Assembly (NCBI GenBank): GCA_024720975.1
Contig: JANJXX010000003.1
Coordinates: 68,555-132,554, forward strand
Length of the DNA stretch: 64,000 nucleotides
Direction: 5' to 3'
Origin: Thermoproteota archaeon
GTDB lineage: Archaea > Asgardarchaeota > Njordarchaeia > Njordarchaeales > Panguiarchaeaceae
Below the pieces are notes generated by a model. It had not been told where the DNA came from, made no database searches, and worked only from the letters and a program-made list of their open reading frames with translations. This document shows positions 1 to 9,265 of this stretch, piece after piece. The translations under genes and the position numbers were made by a program. Each line of letters starts with the position of its first letter. Position 1 is the stretch's first letter.

Positions 1-3000
1 GATCCAAGGCTCTGCTGTCCGACGAGTTCTGTGCTTAACCTGTATGCGAGATTATATGTGATATTAACATTTATCACTTCAATACCATAGAATGTTATGT
101 TCCCGTAACCCTTGATGGATGCATTGAAAATGCTATTTTCTATTAGATCCTTAAGAAACTTATAAGTCTCATTCCTGCTAAATACATACATGTCGACTAT
201 TAAACTGGATGTTTCTTTCGGTCGCACCAGAGCATCGCTTATGAACACTCTAGCAACGGTAAGTTGATCTCTGATTACTTCTATTGAGAATGGCCCAACA
301 GCGGCATCTACTCCGTACGGGTTCTTGAATGAAATTGATGTATTGAAATGATATGCTTTTATACCATTGATTATTTCCTCGCCTATGTACTTAAATTTAT
401 CTATGCTTACAGCAAGATTTGGAAGGGCACTAGCTTCGATAATCGCTTGAGTATTAGGAATTGATGTTATGTTGCTTAGCTTGAATGGCAAGGTTACATT
501 CACGCCAAATATTTCGGCTGTGACTTCTCCACTTATTACTAGCGAGTGAAGTTTACCCTCGATTATTCTCTTAAGAACCTCTGCTGTGTACTCTTTATTT
601 GATTTGTGTATCTTTATGTAAGCTTTTATTTGTTTTCCGTTGACAGTATTATACAAATCTATTGTAGAGTTTGAGCTCAAAGTTATTGCTGGAAGACTCC
701 AGCCAATAAGCGATATATTCACTTCATACTGAAATACCTTTACGGGCAAGTGATCAAGCCTAGCCGAAAGAGATATCTCTAGCAACGTCTCACTTTGATT
801 GTCATAAATTATGGAAATATCCTCTAGATCTAAACCTCCTAGTCCACCTATATCCTGATATCCACCCACGCCAACACTATCAGTTATATTCACTAGTAGT
901 CTTTGGATAAACGTTATTTGTGGAAATTCTACCCCAAATATTTTGATGCCCACTCTTCCATCGATTGAAGCATTTATAAGCCCATTACAAGCCAGATCAA
1001 CCAAGAAGTTTCTCATAGCCTCCTTTCCTTTGAATATGTATATGCTTACGCTTAGGAGTGTTACTTTCTTGCTTTCCAGTATGTATCTATCTTTCAACAT
1101 AATTTTTACTAGTCTCTGACCATCTCTGCTTAAGTATATGCTTGCATCCCAAAATTCTACCGTTATTCCCATCGTATTGTTAAATGTTACATTTACATCA
1201 AATCTAAAGGCATCCTCACCATCAACCTTTGTCTCTCCTGCATATTTAAATCCCGCGATACGGAATAGATTACTCAACCTAATTGAAGACAGAACTGACT
1301 GTTGAGTTTCCTCGGATGACATATCTATGCGAAAGTCTTTGAATGTTATCACTCCAAAGTCCCAATCAAATAACGACAAAGCTAATGTGGCATCTACGTA
1401 TAATTCACTAACGTTACCATAAACTAAGCTTCTAATCATATCTACAAATTCACTCGATTCGTTACGAAGCACTATTTTTAATATCACATCCTTGTTACCT
1501 GGTCCTCTTATTGGTTCCTCGAGTATAACTTGAACTGGCGGATTTATGCAGTCCTTCCTTAGGCTCACATCAGCAATTAGAAGACTTATAACCATCGGTA
1601 TAGGTATATCAACAACTGTCTTTATGCGTATTTCGATTCGATTTGGATACTCGGTCACATCAAGGAGCTCAACACTTCCACCGCCATAAGTCGATGTTAT
1701 ATCTTTCGTTCCTAAGAGCGTTAATGAGTCCATTAGCGAAACTACAAAATTCGTCTGAAAGTCTTCTAGGTTTATCTCAACTCCACCTAAGCATGCGGTA
1801 ATATTTCCACGTATGATCACATTAACTGCTTTTCCATGAAGTGTATCGTTTAAGAATTGACGTGCAGATTCCGTCTTGAATATATGTACATTAACAGCAA
1901 TCAATCTTGATTCGAACTGTGGGATTCGAGTGGATTGCGGTATGACAATTTCTAGTGCAGGTTCAATACTATTCGGAGGATATACATAGAGGTCTCCAGG
2001 TCCTATGTCTAATTCTGCACCAAATGGGTTAGTTATTGTCGCGTTAACATATATTGCATAGCCCTCTAGATTATTAATGACAACTTTACCAGCATATTTA
2101 ATGCCACTAATCTTGTAGAACTTAGATGCTTCTCCTGCTACTGGGACACTACCACTGGAGAGGGAAATCATGCCCCCTCCTGCGCGTATAGGGACGCTAT
2201 AGAACATTCTGCTGAGAAACTTCATGTCAATTGAACCAATGAACATTACATCACTAGTCCACGTGCCTTTGATGAAAGATTTTATAAATTCACCTATGTC
2301 TGGAGAGTCTTTTCTGATTCTTATCTCTATTGTTGGCTGGCAAGTTACTAGTCCTGTTTCTGACTCTTGATTAAGGTCTATATTTCTGATTTTCACACTT
2401 CCTATAGTACTAGAGTTGTATACTATGTTACCTCTAATTTCATATATTGCCAAGGGCATTCTTTTATAGGTCAGTGTAACAAGCGAGTTGACTATGAGGT
2501 ATTTATCTGTTGCGGTTATATTATACTTCATATCAGTTATATTGAACCCAGCCATAAGGCTCGATAAGTCGAACCCCTGCCTCATGAATTCGCCCATATC
2601 TACTGCAGGAGCACTCACTTGACTAGTAGAGAATGTAGATAGGTCTATCTTTTCTATCCATACGCCAGCAAAGTATACATCGGCTGTACCTGCCAAAGAG
2701 GCACTAAATTCATTGTTGTAGAGTAACCGGTTTAAGAATGCGTGTAAGTTCTCATTGTCTATAAAATCTGCACTTATGCGGAATGACCTGTTCTCATTAG
2801 GACTTACCAAGATTTTCTCATCTATTCTTACATTAAGAATTGATTCATCATTTTCCCCTAGTAGATCAATGTATAGTGGTCCAAAACCTATCGTCCAGTT
2901 TAATTTGTTCGTTAGTTCGATCGCTACATCAAATGAGTGCCTTACTTCACTTCCGATGATTTGTTCCCCTAAGTAGCTTATATCTAGATTGCTGATTCGA

Positions 3001-3986
3001 AGATTCTTACTCAGCAACTTAAATATCGCATCAAATATTGATGATGAAGCCCCTGGGGATTGCACTGGTGATAGAAAACCAGAGAATTGAGATATGTCAA
3101 ATTTTACCTCTGAATTTTCGACCTCTATTCCAAATATCTTCAAGGAGAGACTTCCTCTTAGCTTGCCACTGACTTTACCCTCTTTTATTGCAAGATTCAG
3201 GAAGTTTTCCAGGGCGCTTCCCTTTATAAAACGCAGATGTATTGATGTACTGAAGTTACCACTTGCTGAGTCTAGGATGTATTCCGGTATGGTTATATCA
3301 AGCACACGGCCGAGACTAGTTAGCAAGCTTAAACTGACATCCCTAATTTCTACGGTACCCACTTGGAGTAACTCGGTTGGAACGAAGCCACTTACGAATA
3401 CCTTTGCCTCGCAGAAGCTTTTTGTCTCGTTAGTGAGTTCGATCTCTTTGATCTCAAAACTTGGGAAGAAGCTCGAAATCGAGATCGATGCACCGCCTCC
3501 TGCCGGGCTTAGGTCAATTAGATCTTTTAACGAAATGTCTAATGGTATTCTAATAGCCTCTATCACCCCAAATAGTGATATCGGATATTCAACCCTTATT
3601 TTAGCATCTATTTGTTGGGAGGCTAGGTATGTCCTTATTAGTCTCTTCGTTGCCTCAGTTTTATATAATTTTAATGATACCGTTGATATACCCAACTGAC
3701 CTGGATCTAGTGTTATTGGACTAAGGTATCCAATACCTATTAACCCATCCGTCTGCGAATCTAATACTTTGAAGTTTATTGCAGGAACCCTCGTAGGTAA
3801 CCAGTGATTGTTTCTAATCAACATCTTTATGCTTAATATGCTAGAATCTTTCGTCTCACCAACGAATCTTATGGAGAGGGGCTTGAAGTCCATACCAAGG
3901 AGGGGCACTACTGAAATTACATTTACGGCAATATTACCTATAATTAGCAATATTACAATCGTCAATACTTTTCTCTTAAAGGTCAT
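1..3986 (-). CDS. Membrane-anchored protein built from at least nine tandem LEA_2/WHy-like (LEA14-type) repeats; partial, C-terminus lies beyond the window start
   Basis: Absent from the ORF track because it runs off the edge. Manual minus-strand translation from ATG 3986-3984 (MTFKRKVLTIVILLIIGNIAVNVISVVPLL...) stays open to position 1, about 1328 codons. An N-terminal hydrophobic anchor is followed by a ~140-145 aa unit recurring nine times. Each unit ends in a signature such as ALENFLNLAIKEGKVSGKLRGSLSLKIFGIEV, ARQFLNDTLHGKAVNVIIRGNITACLGGVEI, AMRNFLVDLACNGLINASIDGRVGIKIFGVEF or TYKFLKDLIENSIFNASIKGYGNITFYGIEV. Units contain NP(F/Y)G strands (ATITNPFGAELDI, ISFKNPYGVDAAV) like plant LEA14. 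CDS confidence is high; the family name is less certain. Confidence 0.8.
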   Translation of the reverse strand, partial: MTFKRKVLTIVILLIIGNIAVNVISVVPLLGMDFKPLSIRFVGETKDSSILSIKMLIRNNHWLPTRVPAINFKVLDSQTDGLIGIGYLSPITLDPGQLGISTVSLKLYKTEATKRLIRTYLASQQIDAKIRVEYPISLFGVIEAIRIPLDISLKDLIDLSPAGGGASISISSFFPSFEIKEIELTNETKSFCEAKVFVSGFVPTELLQVGTVEIRDVSLSLLTSLGRVLDITIPEYILDSASGNFSTSIHLRFIKGSALENFLNLAIKEGKVSGKLRGSLSLKIFGIEVENSEVKFDISQFSGFLSPVQSPGASSSIFDAIFKLLSKNLRISNLDISYLGEQIIGSEVRHSFDVAIELTNKLNWTIGFGPLYIDLLGENDESILNVRIDEKILVSPNENRSFRISADFIDNENLHAFLNRLLYNNEFSASLAGTADVYFAGVWIEKIDLSTFSTSQVSAPAVDMGEFMRQGFDLSSLMAGFNITDMKYNITATDKYLIVNSLVTLTYKRMPLAIYEIRGNIVYNSSTIGSVKIRNIDLNQESETGLVTCQPTIEIRIRKDSPDIGEFIKSFIKGTWTSDVMFIGSIDMKFLSRMFYSVPIRAGGGMISLSSGSVPVAGEASKFYKISGIKYAGKVVINNLEGYAIYVNATITNPFGAELDIGPGDLYVYPPNSIEPALEIVIPQSTRIPQFESRLIAVNVHIFKTESARQFLNDTLHGKAVNVIIRGNITACLGGVEINLEDFQTNFVVSLMDSLTLLGTKDITSTYGGGSVELLDVTEYPNRIEIRIKTVVDIPIPMVISLLIADVSLRKDCINPPVQVILEEPIRGPGNKDVILKIVLRNESSEFVDMIRSLVYGNVSELYVDATLALSLFDWDFGVITFKDFRIDMSSEETQQSVLSSIRLSNLFRIAGFKYAGETKVDGEDAFRFDVNVTFNNTMGITVEFWDASIYLSRDGQRLVKIMLKDRYILESKKVTLLSVSIYIFKGKEAMRNFLVDLACNGLINASIDGRVGIKIFGVEFPQITFIQRLLVNITDSVGVGGYQDIGGLGGLDLEDISIIYDNQSETLLEISLSARLDHLPVKVFQYEVNISLIGWSLPAITLSSNSTIDLYNTVNGKQIKAYIKIHKSNKEYTAEVLKRIIEGKLHSLVISGEVTAEIFGVNVTLPFKLSNITSIPNTQAIIEASALPNLAVSIDKFKYIGEEIINGIKAYHFNTSISFKNPYGVDAAVGPFSIEVIRDQLTVARVFISDALVRPKETSSLIVDMYVFSRNETYKFLKDLIENSIFNASIKGYGNITFYGIEVINVNITYNLAYRLSTELVGQQSLG

Positions 3987-3991
3987 ATACT

Positions 3992-3996
3992 TCACC
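3992..3996 (-). promoter_or_regulatory. Shine-Dalgarno-like GGTGA in the 10-nt spacer between the 1686-aa gene stop and the repeat-protein start
   Basis: Minus strand reads TAA GGTGAAGTAT ATG, so GGTGA sits 5 nt before the ATG. The same GGTGA/AGGTG motif recurs before other starts in the window (15012, 18697, 28427). Confidence 0.5.
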
Positions 3997-6900
3997 TTAA
4001 AGATCTAATTCTTCCGATTCGAATATCTCCAAGAACTCTTTCTCAATCTCTTCATAGCTTATTTCTCCTGTCACTGGCGCGGCTTTTTCATGGACACTAA
4101 ACCTACTTCTTGCAATGAACTTTCTGAGAGCTACAAAAATCGCCCCAACACAACTAAACGTACCAAGAACAATAAGACCATACATTAAACCGGCCTCACG
4201 AGCGGGTTTCACTTCAATCAATTTACTAAGCGATTTATCTTTGTAGTGCCCATTTCCAAGCACTTCGACTTTGATTAAATGCTCCCCATGCGAATCAGGA
4301 ACCCATATTATCTCTAGAGGTCCATTATAGATCGTTCTCACGAGTAGCCTATCACCGACAATTATCGACACAATAACACCAGCAACAGGCTCATTATCAT
4401 TGTCCGTAATATAAACTTTTATCCTAGCTGCATTCCCAATTTCCAATACGCTAGGCACATATACCTGGGCGTTCAAATCTTCTTCAAGAATAGTCAATTG
4501 CGTTTCAAATGAGCTGCTAGCATGAATACTCGTTGCTGAGCTTTGGATAATGAGTACATACTCGCCTGGTTTAAAGCTCATCCTTACTATAATTTTGGCC
4601 GTTCCATTTTCATCTGTTATTGTCGTTACCACTGGGTATTTCACATTACTACCATTTGAGAGATAAATTGATATAGGTATTCCCGCTAGAGTCTTATTAT
4701 CTTGATCGATAAGGATAACATAAATTTCTATGAAGTCGCCGTATTCTACCATTTGGGGTGATAGTGTAGCGATTATCTCGGTAGAAATCGCTTCTATAAC
4801 CAACGTGATCTTAGGACTATATACTAGCTCATAGAAGTTGCTCATAAGCTGTATCTCTAGGTAGTATGTTCCTGGTAGAAAATCTACATAGAATGGATAA
4901 GCAAGTCGTATTTGTGGTTTTAGAGTACCATTGTAAATGGTGTACAAGCCGCTGATAACGACGAATACTTGACCTGAATCATCTATAACTTCTTCTCCGT
5001 CGTTATCCGTAAGGAGTATTAATAGCTCCGAACTGTGTTGATAAGTTACAGTCCATGTGTAACTATTTGAGTATACCATCGCCCTTTCTTTGCATACATA
5101 CACGTAGTACGTATAGCAAGCTTCACCAACATAGAGGTCACTCCAAACTTTGACTATTATTGCTATTTGTTGGAGCGGAATGAACATATTCGTATTGACA
5201 CTAAGAACAGCTGTGCCATCTTTTACCTCCAGGATTTTACACAGAACAGTATTTCCTGAAACAATTGTTATATTAGCTATCCCTTGCACTATTGAGCAAT
5301 AATCGTCATCAAAGGCATGTATTTTTATTAATAAGGAATCTCCCCATTCAATGATACTTGCATTAGTACTTATATCGACGCCTTTGAGAACATCCTTCTC
5401 GACAATTAAATTGCGCGCCAGTGAAGCTTCATAAAACTTGTCACTTTCATAGATCATTATAATGTATACGTACTCGCCAGGAGTTAACCATTTCGGATAG
5501 CTACTACTGAGAATACGTACTACTAATCGACCGGATAACGAATAATTTCCTCCTAGCAAATAGATGTCATCATTTATTACTACATACACCTCGGCGTATG
5601 CGTTCACTGGCACACCGAGTTCGGTTGATACATTAGCGCAGATTGTACCACCATCAGAGAATACAATTGTAGCGTCGCTTGATTGAATTACCAAGTGAGC
5701 TTTGCTTACAGAAACCGCTACAAAGATCTCTGATGGATAATAACTCCTCACACTGTCCCCATCAAATGCTACACGAATTTCATATTCGCCCTCGGGCAGA
5801 TTCACAGCCCAGTTTATTATAGCCTTACCAGATCGGTCTGTATACCCTTCAGCTAGGATTTCTCCTCCGTACGATAGATACACATATGCGTTGGATACAG
5901 GATCTCCGAACATATCCACTAGGATTATCTGTGCCACGACTGTCTCGCTCCAAACCGGCGAATTTGTGCTTAGTGAAATTGTTATGCTCGTTAGTAACCA
6001 AACATGTACCCAAACAATGTTAGACTTTGATTTAAATACAGTGTCATTGAGACAAAACTCGAGTCTGAGGTAACCCGCTGGCGCGTGCAATGATGCCAGA
6101 TCCACAACCACTTGACTATTCTCTCCATTATAATATATTTCAATCGTATGCATTAAGCCACTTGAGTTATACACATTGATGTATACTTTTTGTCCTTCAA
6201 GGGGGATAATGCCTCCATCGTTTCGATATGCACTAAATACTATCGTGATAGTCTCGTTAGCTAGGGCATTTATTTCCGATGCATTGAATGAGAAAATTAC
6301 CTCTTCCTCCCTAATGGAAAGGCGCAAACAATATACAGAGAATGAGGAGTCACTTTCCCTATCATTATCCAGATCATAAATTGTTATCTCAATGTCGCAA
6401 TCCCCAGCACGCAGTGGAGTGTCTATGATTAGAAGCAGCTCGAATAGAGTTCCATTTGTGTACAATACTTGAGCTTGTTTCACTAGCACTATACTATAAA
6501 TCTTTATTACTATTGTTTCATTAACTCCGCTTGGATCACTCACAGATATTCTAATACTTAGGCCCTCGTCAGCCTCAATAATACCATCTCCAGTGCCACT
6601 ACTAAGATACTCTGATACACTTACATTGTGTATAACCGGTCCGTCGATGTCATCATCTAGAATTTCCCCGTATGTTATGAATGAGCGTGCTACGGCAGCA
6701 TCTCCCTGCCAATCATTATCTTTATCGTATGCTATTACTTCAAGAGAGAATGCAGACCCGACATAGTTTATCCAAATATTCCTCGGGATTATAATATATG
6801 CCGTATTTCCATTCCAGTAAATTGAATTGTTGTTGTATGTTATTGCTACATTGTACTTTTGGAAGTACACTATAAATGTCACAGAGCCTACTCCACTTTC

Positions 6901-9057
6901 TTGATCAGTTATAACGGCCCATATAACTAAGTCCTCGTTACTTGAGTCATATATCGTTATATAATTTCCAGGGAAGACTATTTCAGGCGGGTTTGGATCA
7001 TCATCAACAAGCTCGACATAGAATCTTTGACTTATAACAGCATTGCCAGCTTTGTCGATACACTTTGCCTCCCAATACAGTTTCTTCCCTACATGTGGTT
7101 TCCATTCACTTGCGGATATCACTATCCGAAACTCTCCACTTATATAACTTGCTACAATCCAATCACTCCAGTTTGTGCCACCATAACTATATCGTATTAG
7201 CACGCGCTCAACACCACTTATCTGGTCGCTGCACACAACACTAAGAACTATATTATTAGTCGCATTGTCTAGGAACACTGTTCCAATTTGAGGTGAATAG
7301 CTAAGAATTCTTGGGGCTATTGTGTCTATCTGAATCGGTCCTTTTCTAGCGCTCTCATTCTCATTACCGGCGCGATCTACTGCGACGACACTTATGCTCC
7401 AAACACCCGACGGCAATCCAATGGTTGCATAGAGTTGCTCGTATGGACCATACCAGTTAAAAAGAGAACCACTGCTATAGTTATAGACTCGTACCATATA
7501 GCATCTTATGCCACTCATACTATCCGTACTTTGACTCCATGCTATGTATACATTACTAGTATTGTACCATTTCGTGGAACTAGGTTGGGGATTTATGTTT
7601 ATTATCTCAGGTTTCGTTGGTGGTACAAAATCTACGTTTATTCCATGCTCCCAACAAAGCTCCCAAACTTTAGTTCTACTTAGATCAGTTCTCCAAGAGA
7701 GCAACCCATTTATAAACTCGAATATTGTTGTGGGTTTATAAGTTCTTACAACATACCAAATATCCGAAATACTGATACTCAGCGAATCTCCAATGCCATC
7801 GCCATCTTGATCATCATCACTTGAATCATATAGATCCCATAGAACAGCGGCGACACTACTTGCGACATCAAAATCATTGCGTGAGTTATCAGAATCGTAA
7901 AGCGTTTCTAAATCGCGAAGTTCAAAGTTTTCACTGCTTATGTAATAGCGCTTTATAACTTCTGAGAGAAATATCGACCAACCAACAACCCAAGCTGTTT
8001 TTGGGTCTGTGTGAACATTAAAGTTATAGTTGCGCTCAAAGCTAGGTAATACGCTGCGTTGTGCCAGCAAAAATTGTGCAAAGGCCATGAAGAACTCCGT
8101 GTAGTTTGTAGCAGCTGCTGCCCATAGTCTTTTATCGGTAGTGTTATAGAAATAAACGCTAGTTTGGGCTGGGTATGTTATATTTAATCCGGGTAAGCTG
8201 CTTTCACCTAAGACGCTGATTGCAAAATCTCTAGCTAGCATTGCAAATAACATGATCTCTCCAGCTGGTCCTCCAAGAACATATACAATGGATTGAGGGG
8301 GTGTTACATAGCTAACGGTTGTGGCATCATTCTTATAAAGTTGTTGCCCGGATATTGGATCGGTCCAATAAGAACCTTGGATATATAGACTGTACGCACC
8401 TCCACCTAAATTGGAGTAGTCGTTATACATTCGGTATAGGTAAACTCTGTTGCTCGGATCGTATATAGCAACAACATTGGATATATCTGTATAAAATTGA
8501 AGAACAGGGTCTCTATTGCTAAGCTCCCCCCAATCAAACGCATCGTAGACTACACAGAAAGCTCCTTGACTGTCGGTTCTCGTAGATATTATAAATTGCC
8601 CACTGGGAGTATAACCGTCGCTATAGGGCTCTCCAGAGTCCTGATCCCAAACGTCCACTAAGATGCCCTGTATAGTTTTATACGCACCAGAGGATGTCCG
8701 TGAATATGGATCTCTGACTTTGACATAACCATAAAGGCGAACATCGCCGCTAGGAATACTAGGTGTTCCTGAGGTTATGTAGTAGTATAGATAGGCTAAT
8801 ATGACTGGATCCGTGTTTACCCTAGCTTTAAGTATATCTGCCTCGTTGGCATGCTTGAGCTTTGTTTTGGAGTGCGATACCACAATTACATTTTGTGCAT
8901 TCTTGGTACCTCCTCTGTGAGCATCGGTATGCAAATCATCTGCTGCTTTGGAATCCACCCGCAGGTTTTTTATGTTTGCACTAATGATTGGATCTACTAT
9001 CACTGCTAAAAATATTATTGAGACGAGCATAAACCTAATTATTTGAATTTTGTCCAA
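3997..9057 (-). CDS. Giant (1686 aa) type-I membrane-anchored envelope protein with Ig/FN3-like beta-domain array
   Basis: Track ORF. N-terminal signal/anchor (KIQIIRFMLVSIIFLAVIVDPIISA). Single C-terminal TM (GLMYGLIVLGTFSCVGAIFVAL) followed by a roughly 50-aa acidic tail ending EFLEIFESEELDL. FN3/Ig-like segment with SGIRCYMVRV...AVDRAGNENE...IDTIAPRI. Acidic cluster DSSDDDQDGDGIGD and many N-x-S/T sequons. Start is TTG at 9057 or ATG at 9030. Confidence 0.85.
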   Translation of the reverse strand: MDKIQIIRFMLVSIIFLAVIVDPIISANIKNLRVDSKAADDLHTDAHRGGTKNAQNVIVVSHSKTKLKHANEADILKARVNTDPVILAYLYYYITSGTPSIPSGDVRLYGYVKVRDPYSRTSSGAYKTIQGILVDVWDQDSGEPYSDGYTPSGQFIISTRTDSQGAFCVVYDAFDWGELSNRDPVLQFYTDISNVVAIYDPSNRVYLYRMYNDYSNLGGGAYSLYIQGSYWTDPISGQQLYKNDATTVSYVTPPQSIVYVLGGPAGEIMLFAMLARDFAISVLGESSLPGLNITYPAQTSVYFYNTTDKRLWAAAATNYTEFFMAFAQFLLAQRSVLPSFERNYNFNVHTDPKTAWVVGWSIFLSEVIKRYYISSENFELRDLETLYDSDNSRNDFDVASSVAAVLWDLYDSSDDDQDGDGIGDSLSISISDIWYVVRTYKPTTIFEFINGLLSWRTDLSRTKVWELCWEHGINVDFVPPTKPEIININPQPSSTKWYNTSNVYIAWSQSTDSMSGIRCYMVRVYNYSSGSLFNWYGPYEQLYATIGLPSGVWSISVVAVDRAGNENESARKGPIQIDTIAPRILSYSPQIGTVFLDNATNNIVLSVVCSDQISGVERVLIRYSYGGTNWSDWIVASYISGEFRIVISASEWKPHVGKKLYWEAKCIDKAGNAVISQRFYVELVDDDPNPPEIVFPGNYITIYDSSNEDLVIWAVITDQESGVGSVTFIVYFQKYNVAITYNNNSIYWNGNTAYIIIPRNIWINYVGSAFSLEVIAYDKDNDWQGDAAVARSFITYGEILDDDIDGPVIHNVSVSEYLSSGTGDGIIEADEGLSIRISVSDPSGVNETIVIKIYSIVLVKQAQVLYTNGTLFELLLIIDTPLRAGDCDIEITIYDLDNDRESDSSFSVYCLRLSIREEEVIFSFNASEINALANETITIVFSAYRNDGGIIPLEGQKVYINVYNSSGLMHTIEIYYNGENSQVVVDLASLHAPAGYLRLEFCLNDTVFKSKSNIVWVHVWLLTSITISLSTNSPVWSETVVAQIILVDMFGDPVSNAYVYLSYGGEILAEGYTDRSGKAIINWAVNLPEGEYEIRVAFDGDSVRSYYPSEIFVAVSVSKAHLVIQSSDATIVFSDGGTICANVSTELGVPVNAYAEVYVVINDDIYLLGGNYSLSGRLVVRILSSSYPKWLTPGEYVYIIMIYESDKFYEASLARNLIVEKDVLKGVDISTNASIIEWGDSLLIKIHAFDDDYCSIVQGIANITIVSGNTVLCKILEVKDGTAVLSVNTNMFIPLQQIAIIVKVWSDLYVGEACYTYYVYVCKERAMVYSNSYTWTVTYQHSSELLILLTDNDGEEVIDDSGQVFVVISGLYTIYNGTLKPQIRLAYPFYVDFLPGTYYLEIQLMSNFYELVYSPKITLVIEAISTEIIATLSPQMVEYGDFIEIYVILIDQDNKTLAGIPISIYLSNGSNVKYPVVTTITDENGTAKIIVRMSFKPGEYVLIIQSSATSIHASSSFETQLTILEEDLNAQVYVPSVLEIGNAARIKVYITDNDNEPVAGVIVSIIVGDRLLVRTIYNGPLEIIWVPDSHGEHLIKVEVLGNGHYKDKSLSKLIEVKPAREAGLMYGLIVLGTFSCVGAIFVALRKFIARSRFSVHEKAAPVTGEISYEEIEKEFLEIFESEELDL

Positions 9058-9265
9058 GTTTCATCGCATGACCACACTCCCCATAAAAGTTTCTGAAAAC
9101 TTTATCCTAAAGATTTAAAAGCCAGAGGGGTTAAACTAAGAAATTTCAATAAAACTGTTAAATTTCCGTATAAATCTCGGCTAGTATCTAACATATAATT
9201 ATAGTAATTTGTGTTTATAAATATTTATCTCAGCGTTTCGAAGGAAGTATTACGCCAGTAGGATT

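Noticed and set aside
2152-2168. CTCCAGTGG (minus strand), resembling an archaeal origin recognition box core
   Set aside because: Single copy, inside coding sequence, an imperfect match, and no adjacent AT-rich unwinding element or orc1/cdc6 gene.
2367-4008. Plus-strand track ORFs 2367..2567, 2755..2976, 3094..3699 (201 aa) and 3808..4008
   Set aside because: They lie antisense to a continuous 1328-codon minus-strand frame with a clear domain-repeat structure. Their translations are Ser/Leu/Ile-rich low-complexity sequence typical of antisense reading of AT-rich coding DNA.
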